From contig OY762492.1 in NCBI GenBank assembly GCA_963665845.2, positions 2,560,001 to 2,624,000 on the forward strand: a stretch of 64,000 bases of DNA, written 5' to 3'. This document shows, piece by piece, positions 1-9,935 of this stretch. Position 1 is the first letter of the stretch. Every line of letters starts with the position of its first letter. The DNA comes from Candidatus Poribacteria bacterium. Its GTDB lineage: Bacteria > Poribacteria > WGA-4E > GCA-2687025. The translations under genes were made by a program, and so were the position numbers. The notes under the pieces are model-generated. The model ran no database searches. It was not told the origin of the DNA and saw only the letters and a program-made list of their open reading frames with translations.

Positions 1-1116
1 GTCAGGGCGCAGCCGGCATGTGCGCTGCCAGTGGATATAGCGGTCGCTGCGGATGGCGTCTTCGTTCACCTCCACGCCGAACCCTGGGCGGTCGCGCAGC
101 TCCAGAAAGCCGTCCACGGGGTCATACGGATCGTCCAGCCAATGGTTTCTGCCAGGCAGGCTGCAGTATTCCAGTATTTTGAAGTTGGGCGTCGCGGCGG
201 CGAAATGCACATTCACGGCGGTGGCGAGCGGTCCCATCGGGTTGTGCGGCGCGACAGTCACATAATGCGCCTCGGCGATGGCGGCGATCTTGCGCATCTC
301 AAGCAGCCCGCCGACGGAGCAGATGTCCGGCTGAATGATGTCGGCGCCTTGCTGCGCGAGCAGGTCTAAAAACTCAAAGCGGGTGTAAAGGCATTCGCCC
401 GTCGCAAGCGGAACCTGCATCTGCGCGCGCAGACGCCCCCAGGCGGGGCGGTGTTCAGGGCGCAGCGGCTCCTCATAGAAGTACGGGTCGTACGGCGCGA
501 GCGCGTTGGCGAGCTGGAGCGCCCGGATCGGCTCAAAGATTTTGGCGTGCGGGTCGAACGCGAATTCCCATTCGTCAGGGCATTCGTTTCGCAGCTGTTC
601 AAAGAATTGCGCGCCCGCTTTGCACATCAGCCCCCATCTTGCCGATTCGGTCGGCAGTTTGTAGGGGCTGGTTTTGAAGGCGGTAAAGCCCCACTCTTCG
701 TTCCGCTGTTTTGCTTGATCGGCGGCTTCTTTGCCGTCGCGCCCGCGGATGTGGCAGTATATCCAGACGCGGTCACGCGCCGCGCCGCCGAGCAGCATAT
801 AGACCGGCAGGTTCGCCGCCTTGCCGCTGATGTCCCAGAAGGCGTGATCGACAGCGGAGATGGCCGCCAACGCGACGCCCCCCTGCGGAAACCGAAACTG
901 CTGAAATAGTTTCAGCATCAGAAACTCAATGCGGCGCGGGTCCTCCCCCTTGATCATCTCAAAGATGTAGTCGACGATCGGTTCGATGGCGCGTTCGGGT
1001 CCGTGGCAGTACGCCTCGCCCCATCCGTAGATGCCCTCGTCCGTTTCGACCTTGACGAGCGCGCGGGGGCGCCCTCCTTCGTGGGTGAGGTAGGTTTTCA
1101 TGGCGGTGATTTTCAT
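1..1116 (-). CDS. Mandelate racemase/muconate lactonizing (enolase superfamily) acid-sugar dehydratase; 3' end runs off the window
   Basis: Manual translation from ATG at 1116 (overlaps hflX stop, ATGA): [35 protein letters not shown]...[28 protein letters not shown], the DgoD-like N-terminal signature. Absent from the ORF track because no stop lies in the window. Confidence 0.85.
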   Translation of the reverse strand, partial: [372 protein letters not shown]

Positions 1117-2438
1117 GTCCGCCTCTCCTCTTGTGTCGGCTCCGCATACGCCTTCAAAGGGCGCATATGGCGCAGATCCACCGACGCCTGCACGGAGACG
1201 CCTGTTTCATGATGCTCAACCTGATGGACGCTGCCGACCTCGTGCAGGTAGGAGAGCAGTTTGCCCTGCTCATGCGTCAGCTCAATGCGGTAGTTCTGGA
1301 TGTTCGGCGCGGCAACCTCGCCGATGCGCTCCTTGAGCCGATCTAGACCCTCGCCTGTCAGCGCCGAAACGGGGACCGCGTCCGGATGCGCAGCCATCGC
1401 TTCCTGCAGCGGTTCCTCGTCTTGCAGGGCGTCTATTTTGTTAAAAAGAATGATTGTCGGTCTGTCCAACGCTCCGATTTCCTTTAGAACGATGTTGACC
1501 GCCTCAATCTGTTGAAGCGGAAATGCGCAGGCGATGTCGACCACATGGAGCAGCAGGTCCGCTTCGCTCGTCTCCTCCAGCGTCGCGCGGAAGGAGGTCA
1601 CCAGCTTATGCGGCAGCCGGCGGATAAATCCGACCGTGTCGGTCAACAGAGCGTCCGAGCCTATCGGCAGCTCAAGGCGGCGCGTCGTCGTATCGAGCGT
1701 CTTGAACAGCTTGTCCTCCGCGGCGGCATGCGTCTCTCCGGTGAGCGCGTTCAACAGCGACGACTTCCCCGCGTTCGTGTACCCGACAAGCGAGGCGGTG
1801 AACTGATCGGCGCGCCCCGCCCGCGACACGCGCCGTTGACGCGACACTTTCGCGAGCTCTCTTCGCAGCTGCCGGATGCGGCGTTGGATAAGCCGTCTGT
1901 CCATGGCGAGCTGCGTTTCGCCGGGACCGCGCGTTCCCGCCCCGCCGCCGACGCCCGATCCGCCGCCGACGCGCGACAAATGCGTCCACGCCCGCCGCAA
2001 ACGAGACGAGTCATGTTCCAGCTGCGCCATCTCCACCTGCAGCGCCGCCTCTTTCGTCTGGGCGCGCTGGGCGAAGATGTCTAGGATGATGTCGGTGCGG
2101 TCGATGACCGGCGTTTCAAGTATCTCTTCAAGGTTGCGCAGTTGGCCGGGCGAGAGGTCGCCGTCAAACAGAAAAACGTCCGCCTTGACCTCCTCGTTGA
2201 GCGTTTTGAGCTCTTCCGCCTTGCCTTTGCCAATGAGCGTCGCCGCGTCGGGAGCGTTCCGCGTTTGCATGGCGCGGCACACGACCTCAATGCCGGCGGT
2301 GTCGGCGAGCGCCGCCATCTCTTCAAGCGACTCGGCGCCGTCATAGTCGCCGAAACGCGCGTCCTTCCATTCGACGCCGATGAGAATGGCGCGTTCCTGT
2401 TTTTCTAAACGCTCGCGCCAGTTGAATAATTCTCTCAT
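1113..2438 (-). CDS. hflX: GTPase HflX
   Basis: IGKGKAEE, ILDIFAQRA, RGPGETQL, GYTNAGKSSL (G1), DTVGF (G3), NKID (G4). ATG 2438 chosen as start; the ORF extends to 2450. Confidence 0.96.
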   Translation of the reverse strand: MRELFNWRERLEKQERAILIGVEWKDARFGDYDGAESLEEMAALADTAGIEVVCRAMQTRNAPDAATLIGKGKAEELKTLNEEVKADVFLFDGDLSPGQLRNLEEILETPVIDRTDIILDIFAQRAQTKEAALQVEMAQLEHDSSRLRRAWTHLSRVGGGSGVGGGAGTRGPGETQLAMDRRLIQRRIRQLRRELAKVSRQRRVSRAGRADQFTASLVGYTNAGKSSLLNALTGETHAAAEDKLFKTLDTTTRRLELPIGSDALLTDTVGFIRRLPHKLVTSFRATLEETSEADLLLHVVDIACAFPLQQIEAVNIVLKEIGALDRPTIILFNKIDALQDEEPLQEAMAAHPDAVPVSALTGEGLDRLKERIGEVAAPNIQNYRIELTHEQGKLLSYLHEVGSVHQVEHHETGVSVQASVDLRHMRPLKAYAEPTQEERRT

Positions 2439-2583
2439 ACGCTTCTCCAAATAACGGCTCGCTTCCGATACGTCTGTATATTTTACAGCATACGCCGCTT
2501 TTCGGCAAGCTGCCGACGCGCTGGATTTTTCCTGCGCATTGCATTATATTGGATGCGTCAGCGAAACGGTCAAGGGGGCGGGC

Positions 2584-3954
2584 GTGAATCAGCATCAGCC
2601 AAACTGGACAAACCGAACCATGTGGACAGGCGACAACCTGGACATCATGCGCGGCATGAACTCCGACAGCGTCGACCTGATCTACTTAGACCCGCCGTTT
2701 AATTCGAATCAAAATTATTCGGCGCCGATCGGATCGGAAGCGGCGGGCGCGGCGTTCAAAGACACATGGACTCTGGACGATGTGGACCTCGCTTGGCATG
2801 GCGAGATTGCCGACCGAGAGCCTGCCCTGTACGCTGTGATCGAAGCGGCGGGCGCCGCGCACGGCAAAGGCATGAAGTCCTACGCGGTCATGATGGCGGT
2901 TCGTTTGCTGGAGATGAAGCGCGTCTTGAAGGATACGGGCAGCATTTACCTGCATTGCGATTCGACCGCGTCTCATTATCTGAAGCTGATCATGGACGCT
3001 GTTTTTGGGAGAGTGAATTTTCAAAACGAAATTATATGGAAACGGAACCCGTCACATCCAGATTCAAAAATATTTGGGAAAATCTCTGATACGATTCTTT
3101 TTTACGGTCAAAAAATCCATAAGGATGCAGTACGGATTCCTTTAGACAGCGGCGCCATTCAATCGCATTACAGGCATGAAGATTCTGCCGGCCGCTATAG
3201 ACCTGAAAACTTAAAGGCCGGCGGCTTACAGGGGGGCGGATATCTGTATGACTTCTATGGGCATCCAGGTCCCTGGCGCTGTCCAGAGTCGACCATGAAG
3301 CGGTGGGAATCTGAAGGGCGCATTCATTTTCCAAAAAAGAAAGGCGGCGCGCCTCAAAGAAAGCGGTATCTTCATGAACACCCTGGGACGGTTCCAACGA
3401 ATATATGGACAGACATTAAAAGAGCGCGCGGAAATGAGCGCACAGGCTATCCAACGCAGAAGCCGATCGCGCTGCTTGACCGCATCATCAAGGCGTCCTC
3501 CAACGAGGGCGATACGGTTCTGGATCCGTTCTGCGGCTGCGCGACGGCATGCGTCGCCGCCGAACGTTTGAACCGCCGATGGGCGGGAATCGACCTGTCG
3601 CCGAAGGCGGCGCAGCTGGTCAAGATACGCATTGAAAAGGACAATCCGCTTCTGTTTTCGCAGCGTCCAATGGCGCATCGAACCGATATACCGAACCGTA
3701 CCGATCTCGGCAAGCTGCCGAATTACCGGACGCATAAGCATACGTTGTTTGGAAAGCAGGAGGGCGATTGCGCGGGCTGTCAAATCGCGTTTCCGTTCAG
3801 GAACTTCACCATCGATCATATCGTCCCGCGCAGCAAGGGCGGGTCGGATCATCTCGACAACCTGCAGCTGCTGTGCGGCGCATGCAACTCAACGAAGGGG
3901 AACCGCGATCAGGCGTATCTGTTGGCGCAACTGAAACGCAACGGCATTCTTTGA
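2584..3954 (+). CDS. Beta-class amino (N6-A/N4-C) DNA methyltransferase fused to a C-terminal HNH endonuclease
   Basis: DLIYLDPPFNS (motif IV), YPTQKP, VLDPFCGCAT (motif I). C-terminal CAGC...IDHIVPRSKGGSDHLDNLQLLCGACNSTKG HNH/Zn motif. GTG start at 2584 is uncertain. Confidence 0.9.
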   Translation: MNQHQPNWTNRTMWTGDNLDIMRGMNSDSVDLIYLDPPFNSNQNYSAPIGSEAAGAAFKDTWTLDDVDLAWHGEIADREPALYAVIEAAGAAHGKGMKSYAVMMAVRLLEMKRVLKDTGSIYLHCDSTASHYLKLIMDAVFGRVNFQNEIIWKRNPSHPDSKIFGKISDTILFYGQKIHKDAVRIPLDSGAIQSHYRHEDSAGRYRPENLKAGGLQGGGYLYDFYGHPGPWRCPESTMKRWESEGRIHFPKKKGGAPQRKRYLHEHPGTVPTNIWTDIKRARGNERTGYPTQKPIALLDRIIKASSNEGDTVLDPFCGCATACVAAERLNRRWAGIDLSPKAAQLVKIRIEKDNPLLFSQRPMAHRTDIPNRTDLGKLPNYRTHKHTLFGKQEGDCAGCQIAFPFRNFTIDHIVPRSKGGSDHLDNLQLLCGACNSTKGNRDQAYLLAQLKRNGIL

Positions 3955-3956
3955 CG

Positions 3957-4221
3957 GATAGTCTCTACAGGCGATGACGACAAAAATCCCGTTTGAGTTG
4001 TGCTAATCGTGATTCCGCGCACGGAACTAAAACCCCCCCAGCCCCCCTTTTCAAGGGGGGAGTCCAGAAACCGCGCCCCAACCGCTGTTATTGGGCTATT
4101 CGTTCCCCGCTTCCGCGAGGACATGCATTCCCGCGTAAGCGGGAATCCAGAGTTTTCCCAGACAGCCTCCGCATTCCAAAACGACTCTCTAAAATCAAGA
4201 TCATCGCCTATAGAGACTGCC
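3957..4221. mobile_element. MITE family A (TIR GGCAGTCTCTAYAGGCGATGA), with 8-bp target duplication
   Basis: GATAGTCTCTACAGGCGATGA at the left, TCATCGCCTATAGAGACTGCC at the right. CTTTGACG directly repeated at 3949-3956 and 4222-4229. Near-identical inverted copy at 63548-63814. Confidence 0.85.
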
Positions 4222-4481
4222 CTTTGACGCGGGGAGAGCGCCGCAGAAACCCCCCTGCCCTCACAACGGGGAGAGTGAAGCCCCTGAAAATGGGGTTTAA
4301 ATCGCTTAGCGCCGCTTCTGGATTCCCGCTGGCGCGGAAATGACAAGGAGGGGTCGCGGAATGACTGCATGGATCGGCGGGCGCGTCAACTAAAAGCGCG
4401 CGGCGGGAGCGAACCTTGCGCTCCAACGCAAAACAGCGTATGCTTTAGGCGCGTTAGGTGGATTCACGATGGGAGAAAGCG

Positions 4482-6032
4482 ATGCGTTCCGCGCCGTTGA
4501 CCGACAAGGCGCTCATTTTGCGCGCGGGCGACGATGTCGCTGTCGCGCGGGAGTGGATACCCGCCGGCGCGGCGCTGTCGCGCGGCGGAGACATTTTACA
4601 GACCGCCGAGCCGATTCGACCCGGACATAAACTCGCCCTGAAAGCGATACCGAAGGACGCCCCTGTCCGCAAATACGGACATGTGATCGGGTTCGCGTCC
4701 CAAGAGATCGCGCCCGGCGCGCATGTGCATACTCACAACCTAGAGGCGCGCGACTTCGACCGCGACTACCGCTTCGGCGAGGACGCGGTCCCGCTGGAGC
4801 CTTACCCTCCCAGCAAGGCGCGAACCTTTGACGGCTATCTCCGCTCGGACGGGCGCGTCGGAACGCGCAACTACATCGCTGTCATCTCCACCGTGAACTG
4901 CTCCGCCAGCGTCTCTCATTATGTGTCGCGCGAGTTTTCAGACGAGCGGTTGAGCGAATATCCGAATGTGGACGGGCTGCTGCCGTTGACGCACAAAGGC
5001 GGCTGCGGCGGCGTCTTGGGAGGCGCGGACTACATCCAGCTGCAGCGCACGCTCGCCGGCATGGCGACCCACCCGAACGTATACGGGTATATCCTGATGG
5101 GCTTGGGCTGCGAAGTGAATCAGATGGCGGATCTGGCGGCGAACGAGGGCTTGTTGACGATAGACGGCATGGGCGCCCCGCCGAAGATGATCTCCATTCA
5201 GGCGGAAGGCGGCATCCAAAAGGCGGTTGAGGCGGGCTGCGCCGCGGTGGAAGAGATGCTGCCGCATGCGGACGCTTGCCGACGGACGCCGCAGCCGCTC
5301 TCCAAGCTGATTGTCGGGGCGGAGTGCGGCGGTTCCGACGCGCATTCCGGCGTCACGGCGAACCCGGCGGTCGGCTGCTTCGGCGACGAGCTGGCGCGGC
5401 ATGGCGGAACGCACTGCATCGGCGAGACGCCGGAGATGTACGGCGCTGAACATCTGCTGACGGCGCGCGCGTCCAGCGAACAGGTCGGCAGGCGGCTGGT
5501 GGAGCGCATCCGCTGGTGGGAAAAGCACGCCGCCGCGCATGGCGCCAAGATCGACAACAACCCGACGCCCGGCAACAAGGAGGGCGGCTTGACGACGATC
5601 TATGAAAAGTCGCTCGGCGCGATTGCGAAGGGCGGTTCGTCGCCGCTGCGCGCTGTTTACGGGTACGCCGAGCGGATTACGGAGAGCGGCTTTGTGGCGA
5701 TGGACACCCCTGGCTACGATCCGGTGTCGGTGACCGGCATGGCGGCGGGCGGCGCGACGGTCATTCTGTTCACCACAGGGCGCGGGAGCGTCTTCGGGTT
5801 CAAGCCCTCCCCCTCCATTAAGATTGCGACGAATTCGCGCCTGTTTCATCATATGCCGGACGATATGGACATCAACGCCGGCGCGGTTTTAGAGGGCAAA
5901 ACGGTGGATGAGGTCGGTCAAGAAATTTTTGAGGCGGTCGTCGAGACAGCCTCCGGCAAAAAAACGAAGAGCGAACTGGCAGGCGTCGGCGAATTGGAGT
6001 TCAACCCATGGACGCTGGGTCCGATTTTGTAG
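4482..6032 (+). CDS. uxaA: Altronate/galactarate dehydratase (UxaA/GarD family) with N-terminal SAF domain
   Basis: GHKLAL...KYG...HVHTHNL (SAF), GRVGTRNY, CGGSD, NPTPGNKEGGLTTIYEKSLG, FTTGRGS. Confidence 0.85.
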   Translation: MRSAPLTDKALILRAGDDVAVAREWIPAGAALSRGGDILQTAEPIRPGHKLALKAIPKDAPVRKYGHVIGFASQEIAPGAHVHTHNLEARDFDRDYRFGEDAVPLEPYPPSKARTFDGYLRSDGRVGTRNYIAVISTVNCSASVSHYVSREFSDERLSEYPNVDGLLPLTHKGGCGGVLGGADYIQLQRTLAGMATHPNVYGYILMGLGCEVNQMADLAANEGLLTIDGMGAPPKMISIQAEGGIQKAVEAGCAAVEEMLPHADACRRTPQPLSKLIVGAECGGSDAHSGVTANPAVGCFGDELARHGGTHCIGETPEMYGAEHLLTARASSEQVGRRLVERIRWWEKHAAAHGAKIDNNPTPGNKEGGLTTIYEKSLGAIAKGGSSPLRAVYGYAERITESGFVAMDTPGYDPVSVTGMAAGGATVILFTTGRGSVFGFKPSPSIKIATNSRLFHHMPDDMDINAGAVLEGKTVDEVGQEIFEAVVETASGKKTKSELAGVGELEFNPWTLGPIL

Positions 6033-6104
6033 CCTCCGCGGCGCATGGGGCGCATCATTGAGTCGCGGTTGAGCCGCTTTAAACAAAAGAAAGGGAACGG
6101 ACAA

Positions 6105-7115
6105 ATGAGCTATTTGACAGACGAACGGGTCGCCATTTTAGGAGCCGCCGGCGCGATCGGTTCCAATCTGGCGCAGGCGGTGTTGGCGGCGGGCGTATCC
6201 AGCCGAGTCGTCATGTTCGACCCGTTTGAGTCAGGTTTGCATGGCGCCGCCGAGGAGATGAACCATTGCGGTTTTCCTGGGGCTGAAGTCTCCTGGACGA
6301 TCGATCTGGGCGAGGCTCTGGAGAGCGCCTCCTATGTGATCACATCGGGCGGGGCGCCGCGCAAAGAAGGCATGACGCGCGAAGACCTGCGCAGAGACAA
6401 CTGCGCCATTGCGAAGGAGCTGGGCGAAACGATACGCAAACGCGCCCCGCATCTGAAATTCCTGATTGTCATCTTCAACCCGGCGGACATCACCGGCTTG
6501 ACGGCTCTTGTGCATTCGGGCTTGGACCCGAAGCGGGTGTCCACGCTGGCGGCGCTCGATTCGACGCGCCTTCAGACCGCCCTCGCGCAGCGGTTCGGCG
6601 TCCGCCAGGACCTGGTGACCGGCTGCCGAACGTACGGCGGACACGGCGAAAAGATGGCGGTCTTCAAAGACGGCATCCGCATCGACGGCAAGCCCTTGAC
6701 AAGCTACTTGAGCGAGGGGTGGCTGTCGCAGGCGGATTGGGAGGAGATACAGACACATGTGCGCGGCGGCGGCGCGCGGGTCATTCAGCTGCGCGGGCGC
6801 AGTTCGTTTCAATCGCCCTCCCATTTGAGCGTTCAGATGCTGCGGTCGGTTCTCGGCGGGGGCGAGTTTCCATGGCCGAGCGGCGCCTACATCCGCGCGG
6901 AGGGAGACGCCTCCGAATGGGGCGGCGTCATGATGGCGGCGGACACGACGCTCGGCGCGGACGGCGTTACGGCGCGCCTGCCGGACGGATCGGAGGAGGA
7001 CATGGCGGCGTTGAAGGAGTCGCATGCGCATCTGGCGGCGCTGCGCGATCAGACCATTGCGGACGGGCTGCTTCCTCCCCTGAACGAATGGAAGCGGATC
7101 AATCCGCATTTGTGA
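6105..7115 (+). CDS. mdh: Malate dehydrogenase (LDH/MDH family)
   Basis: GAAGAIGS Rossmann motif, PRKEGMTREDL substrate loop, NPAD, LDSTR, GGHGE. Confidence 0.85.
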   Translation: MSYLTDERVAILGAAGAIGSNLAQAVLAAGVSSRVVMFDPFESGLHGAAEEMNHCGFPGAEVSWTIDLGEALESASYVITSGGAPRKEGMTREDLRRDNCAIAKELGETIRKRAPHLKFLIVIFNPADITGLTALVHSGLDPKRVSTLAALDSTRLQTALAQRFGVRQDLVTGCRTYGGHGEKMAVFKDGIRIDGKPLTSYLSEGWLSQADWEEIQTHVRGGGARVIQLRGRSSFQSPSHLSVQMLRSVLGGGEFPWPSGAYIRAEGDASEWGGVMMAADTTLGADGVTARLPDGSEEDMAALKESHAHLAALRDQTIADGLLPPLNEWKRINPHL

Positions 7116-7186
7116 TGAAGCGGGGTCGGCGGAGATGAAGCGGAAATCTTAGAGTACCCTTGCCGTCCAAACGAGAGGATAGCGTT

Positions 7187-7990
7187 ATGTCGTCGGATTT
7201 GTTGATATGGGTCATCGGTTTAGACCATACGCAGACCGATCTGAAAAAGGCGCAGAACGCGCTGGCTGAAGCGGCTCCTGAAGAGTGGGCGGAGTATCAG
7301 CGGTCGCGCGCGTTGTATGAGGCGGCGCGGAAGCTTGTGGTGCGCAATTCGGCGATGAAGGAGGCGGAGGCGGAGCTGAAAATGGCCGCCGCCTTCCAAT
7401 GGAAGACGTACCGAAAAGCGCAGGACGCATTCAGCAAGGCGGTTGATGCGCATATCAAGTCCAAAAACGCTGTCAAGCGGGAAGCGCCGGACCAATACGC
7501 GGCGATCAAGGCGCTGTTCAAAGACGGCTCGCTTTTTGAAGGCGGGCTTGAACAACGTTACAACGAAGCGCGCGAGGCGCTGCAAGCGGCCGTTTCTCCC
7601 GATAAATGGGAACGGTACGAACACACTTCCAATGAGATGATCAATAAAGGCGAGGATCTGGTCAAAGCGGAAGAGGCGCTGCGCAACAACGCCCCCATGG
7701 AAATAGAAGTGTACCATGAGGCGGTGGAGGCGGTCGTTGACGCGCGCCGATTTCGACGCGCGCCGACCGAATGGGCGTTGTTCTACGCGGCGGAGGAGGC
7801 GCTCATCTTGGCGGCGCCGGAGGAATGGAGCGCCTATGAACACGCGCTGGATGAAGAGGAGCTGGACGCGGCGCAGTACGCGCTCTCAAAAGCGGCGCCG
7901 GACGAATGGACGGCGTACCAAACCGCGGAGGAGACGCTGGGCGAGGCGATGGGGCGGAAACGTCAACGCATACAGTATATGGACATTTAA
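7187..7990 (+). CDS. Hypothetical alpha-helical repeat protein (L-x-x-AAPEEW-x-x-Y repeats)
   Basis: Long ORF with GAGGA SD; about 8 imperfect AAP(E/D)(E/Q)W..Y motifs; no family recognised. Confidence 0.7.
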   Translation: MSSDLLIWVIGLDHTQTDLKKAQNALAEAAPEEWAEYQRSRALYEAARKLVVRNSAMKEAEAELKMAAAFQWKTYRKAQDAFSKAVDAHIKSKNAVKREAPDQYAAIKALFKDGSLFEGGLEQRYNEAREALQAAVSPDKWERYEHTSNEMINKGEDLVKAEEALRNNAPMEIEVYHEAVEAVVDARRFRRAPTEWALFYAAEEALILAAPEEWSAYEHALDEEELDAAQYALSKAAPDEWTAYQTAEETLGEAMGRKRQRIQYMDI

Positions 7991-8034
7991 ACGGAACAAA
8001 TCGCTTGTCAACACACCGAAAAGGATAAAGCCGT

Positions 8035-9039
8035 ATGGCAGATACGATACGAGTCGGGTTCATCGGAACGGGCGGCAACGCGCGCGGACACATCAGCCGC
8101 CTCGCAGGGATGAAGGGCGTTCAGGTTGCCGCGTTTGCCGACCCAAGCGGCGGCGCGCTCAAAGCGGCGCAGGAGCGCGTCAAAACGAAGGTCCCCGTCT
8201 TCAGCGACTACGTCGAAATGCTTGACAACACCGAGATGGACGCCGCTGTCATCTCCACGCCGCACACGCTGCATTTTGAGCAGGTCATGGCATGCCTCGA
8301 CCGCGGGCTGCATGTGCAGGTGGAGAAGCCGATGACCTGCACAAGCGCCCACGCGCGGGAAGTCATCCGCAAGCAGAAGGAGACCGGCAAGACGCTGCTG
8401 ATCGGATACCAGCGGCATTACGATCGGCGGTTCCGCTGGGCGCGTCAACAGATCGCCGAGGGCGCCATCGGGCGCGTCACGCTGACGCATGTCTATCAAG
8501 GGCAGAACTGGCTGCGCAATCAGCAGGGAAGATGGCGGCTTGACCCCGCCCTAAGCGGCGGCGGACAGCTGAACGATTCGGGCAGCCATGTGGTCGACAT
8601 ACTGCTCTGGATGACCGACCTGGAGGCGGAGGAGGCGTTTGCGTATGTTGACAATCGAGGGGCTGAAGTGGATGTCAACAGCGCCGTAACGGTGCGCTTC
8701 ACGAACGGCGCCGTCGGCACGATCACCATCGTCGGCGACGAGGTCGCGGGCGGCATGTGGGAAGACATCACCATCGCCGGCGACAAGGGGATCATCTGGA
8801 TACGGCAGGGCGGGCAGCTGTTCTTTGCGAACGAGTCGCGGCGCCGTCCGACCGAGGTGACCGATTTCAGCGGGATCGAATCGTTCCCCGGCAGCAAAGA
8901 CGGCAACTTCATCGACGCGATACGCGGCGAGGCGGAGAATCAGGTCCCGGCAATCTGCGGCTTGCGCGTCATTGAGTTGACGGAGGCGGTCTGGCGCTCG
9001 GCGGCGTCCGGTCTGCCGCAGAAAGTGGAGAAGTCTTAA
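8035..9039 (+). CDS. Gfo/Idh/MocA family oxidoreductase
   Basis: GFIGTGGNA, ISTPHTLH, VEKPM, GGGQLNDSGSH. Confidence 0.92.
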   Translation: MADTIRVGFIGTGGNARGHISRLAGMKGVQVAAFADPSGGALKAAQERVKTKVPVFSDYVEMLDNTEMDAAVISTPHTLHFEQVMACLDRGLHVQVEKPMTCTSAHAREVIRKQKETGKTLLIGYQRHYDRRFRWARQQIAEGAIGRVTLTHVYQGQNWLRNQQGRWRLDPALSGGGQLNDSGSHVVDILLWMTDLEAEEAFAYVDNRGAEVDVNSAVTVRFTNGAVGTITIVGDEVAGGMWEDITIAGDKGIIWIRQGGQLFFANESRRRPTEVTDFSGIESFPGSKDGNFIDAIRGEAENQVPAICGLRVIELTEAVWRSAASGLPQKVEKS

Positions 9040-9041
9040 AG

Positions 9042-9710
9042 GTGAAAAAGAAAGAGTCGCCGGGCGACCTGCTTCGCCGGCGCATTGCGCGCCTGGGGGT
9101 CGGCTCGTTGACGGTGGAGGAGCTGTTCGGGCTGACGCTGGGCGGGTCGGAGAAGAACATGGACGCGGCGCGGCTGCTGCTGCGCCGTTTTGACGGAAAC
9201 CTGGCGCGGATGGCGGGCGAGTCGTCCCAGACGCTCGCGCTCACCCCTGGGATGAGTCTACGGGACGGCTGCCATGCGGCGGCGGCTCTTGAGCTGGCGC
9301 GCCGCTGGGCGGCTTTTTTGCCGAGTCAGAAGATGAAGTTTCAGGGGCCGGAGCATGTCGCCAACTTTTTGCGCCCGTCGCTGCGAGGCGCGCAGCAGGA
9401 AATGCTGTGGGCGATGTGCCTCGACACCAAGAATGTGATCACGCACTGGAAGATGCTGACCGTCGGGACGCTGAACGCGAGCCTGATTCATCCGCGCGAG
9501 GTGTACCGCTACGCGATTGAAAACGCCTCGGCGGGAGTCATCCTGGCGCACAACCACCCCTCCGGCGACCCGACGCCCAGCCCCGAAGACATCAACGTGA
9601 CGAAGCGCATCGCGCAGGCGGGCAAACTGCTGGACATCCCGCTGCTTGACCATGTGATTGTGGCGGACAACAGCTTCCGCAGCTTGAAGGAGGACGGACA
9701 TCTGCGCTAA
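9042..9710 (+). CDS. radC: RadC/UPF0758 JAB-domain protein
   Basis: GTLNASLIHPREV, HNHPSGDPTPSPED, LLDHVI. Confidence 0.93.
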   Translation: MKKKESPGDLLRRRIARLGVGSLTVEELFGLTLGGSEKNMDAARLLLRRFDGNLARMAGESSQTLALTPGMSLRDGCHAAAALELARRWAAFLPSQKMKFQGPEHVANFLRPSLRGAQQEMLWAMCLDTKNVITHWKMLTVGTLNASLIHPREVYRYAIENASAGVILAHNHPSGDPTPSPEDINVTKRIAQAGKLLDIPLLDHVIVADNSFRSLKEDGHLR

Positions 9711-9821
9711 AAGCGGGCGCCGCAGCAAGCTGATTGGGGCGGCGCTGACGAAGGCGCGCGGAGGTCGCTGTTTGGAGAGGGCGGGTTTCGGTCGCGCAAG
9801 CGGTATCGGTAAAGAATGCGT

Positions 9822-9935
9822 ATGAAGCGTCCAAAGATCGTCACCATCGGCGTTTACGGTTTTGATGAGGCTGGTTTTTTTGAGGCGCTGCGCTCCGCGG
9901 AGGTGGATGTTTCTGCGACATTCGCGCTAGGCGCG
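9822..9935 (+). pseudogene. Truncated, frameshifted DUF488-family gene remnant
   Basis: MKRPKIVTIGVYGFDEAGFFEALRSAEVDV, then in the -1 frame (T-run 9910-9912) FCDIRARR, matching the DUF488 TIG...D(V/I)R.RRG N-terminus. Similarity stops near 9935. Confidence 0.65.

Noticed and set aside
3909-4426. ORFs across repeat clusters (also 15211-15708, 18462-18952, 33184-33770, 48819-49184, 63556-63864)
   Set aside because: They translate repeat DNA (recurrent FPRKRES/HSRVSGN/PPFSRG peptides) and lack RBS or family motifs.
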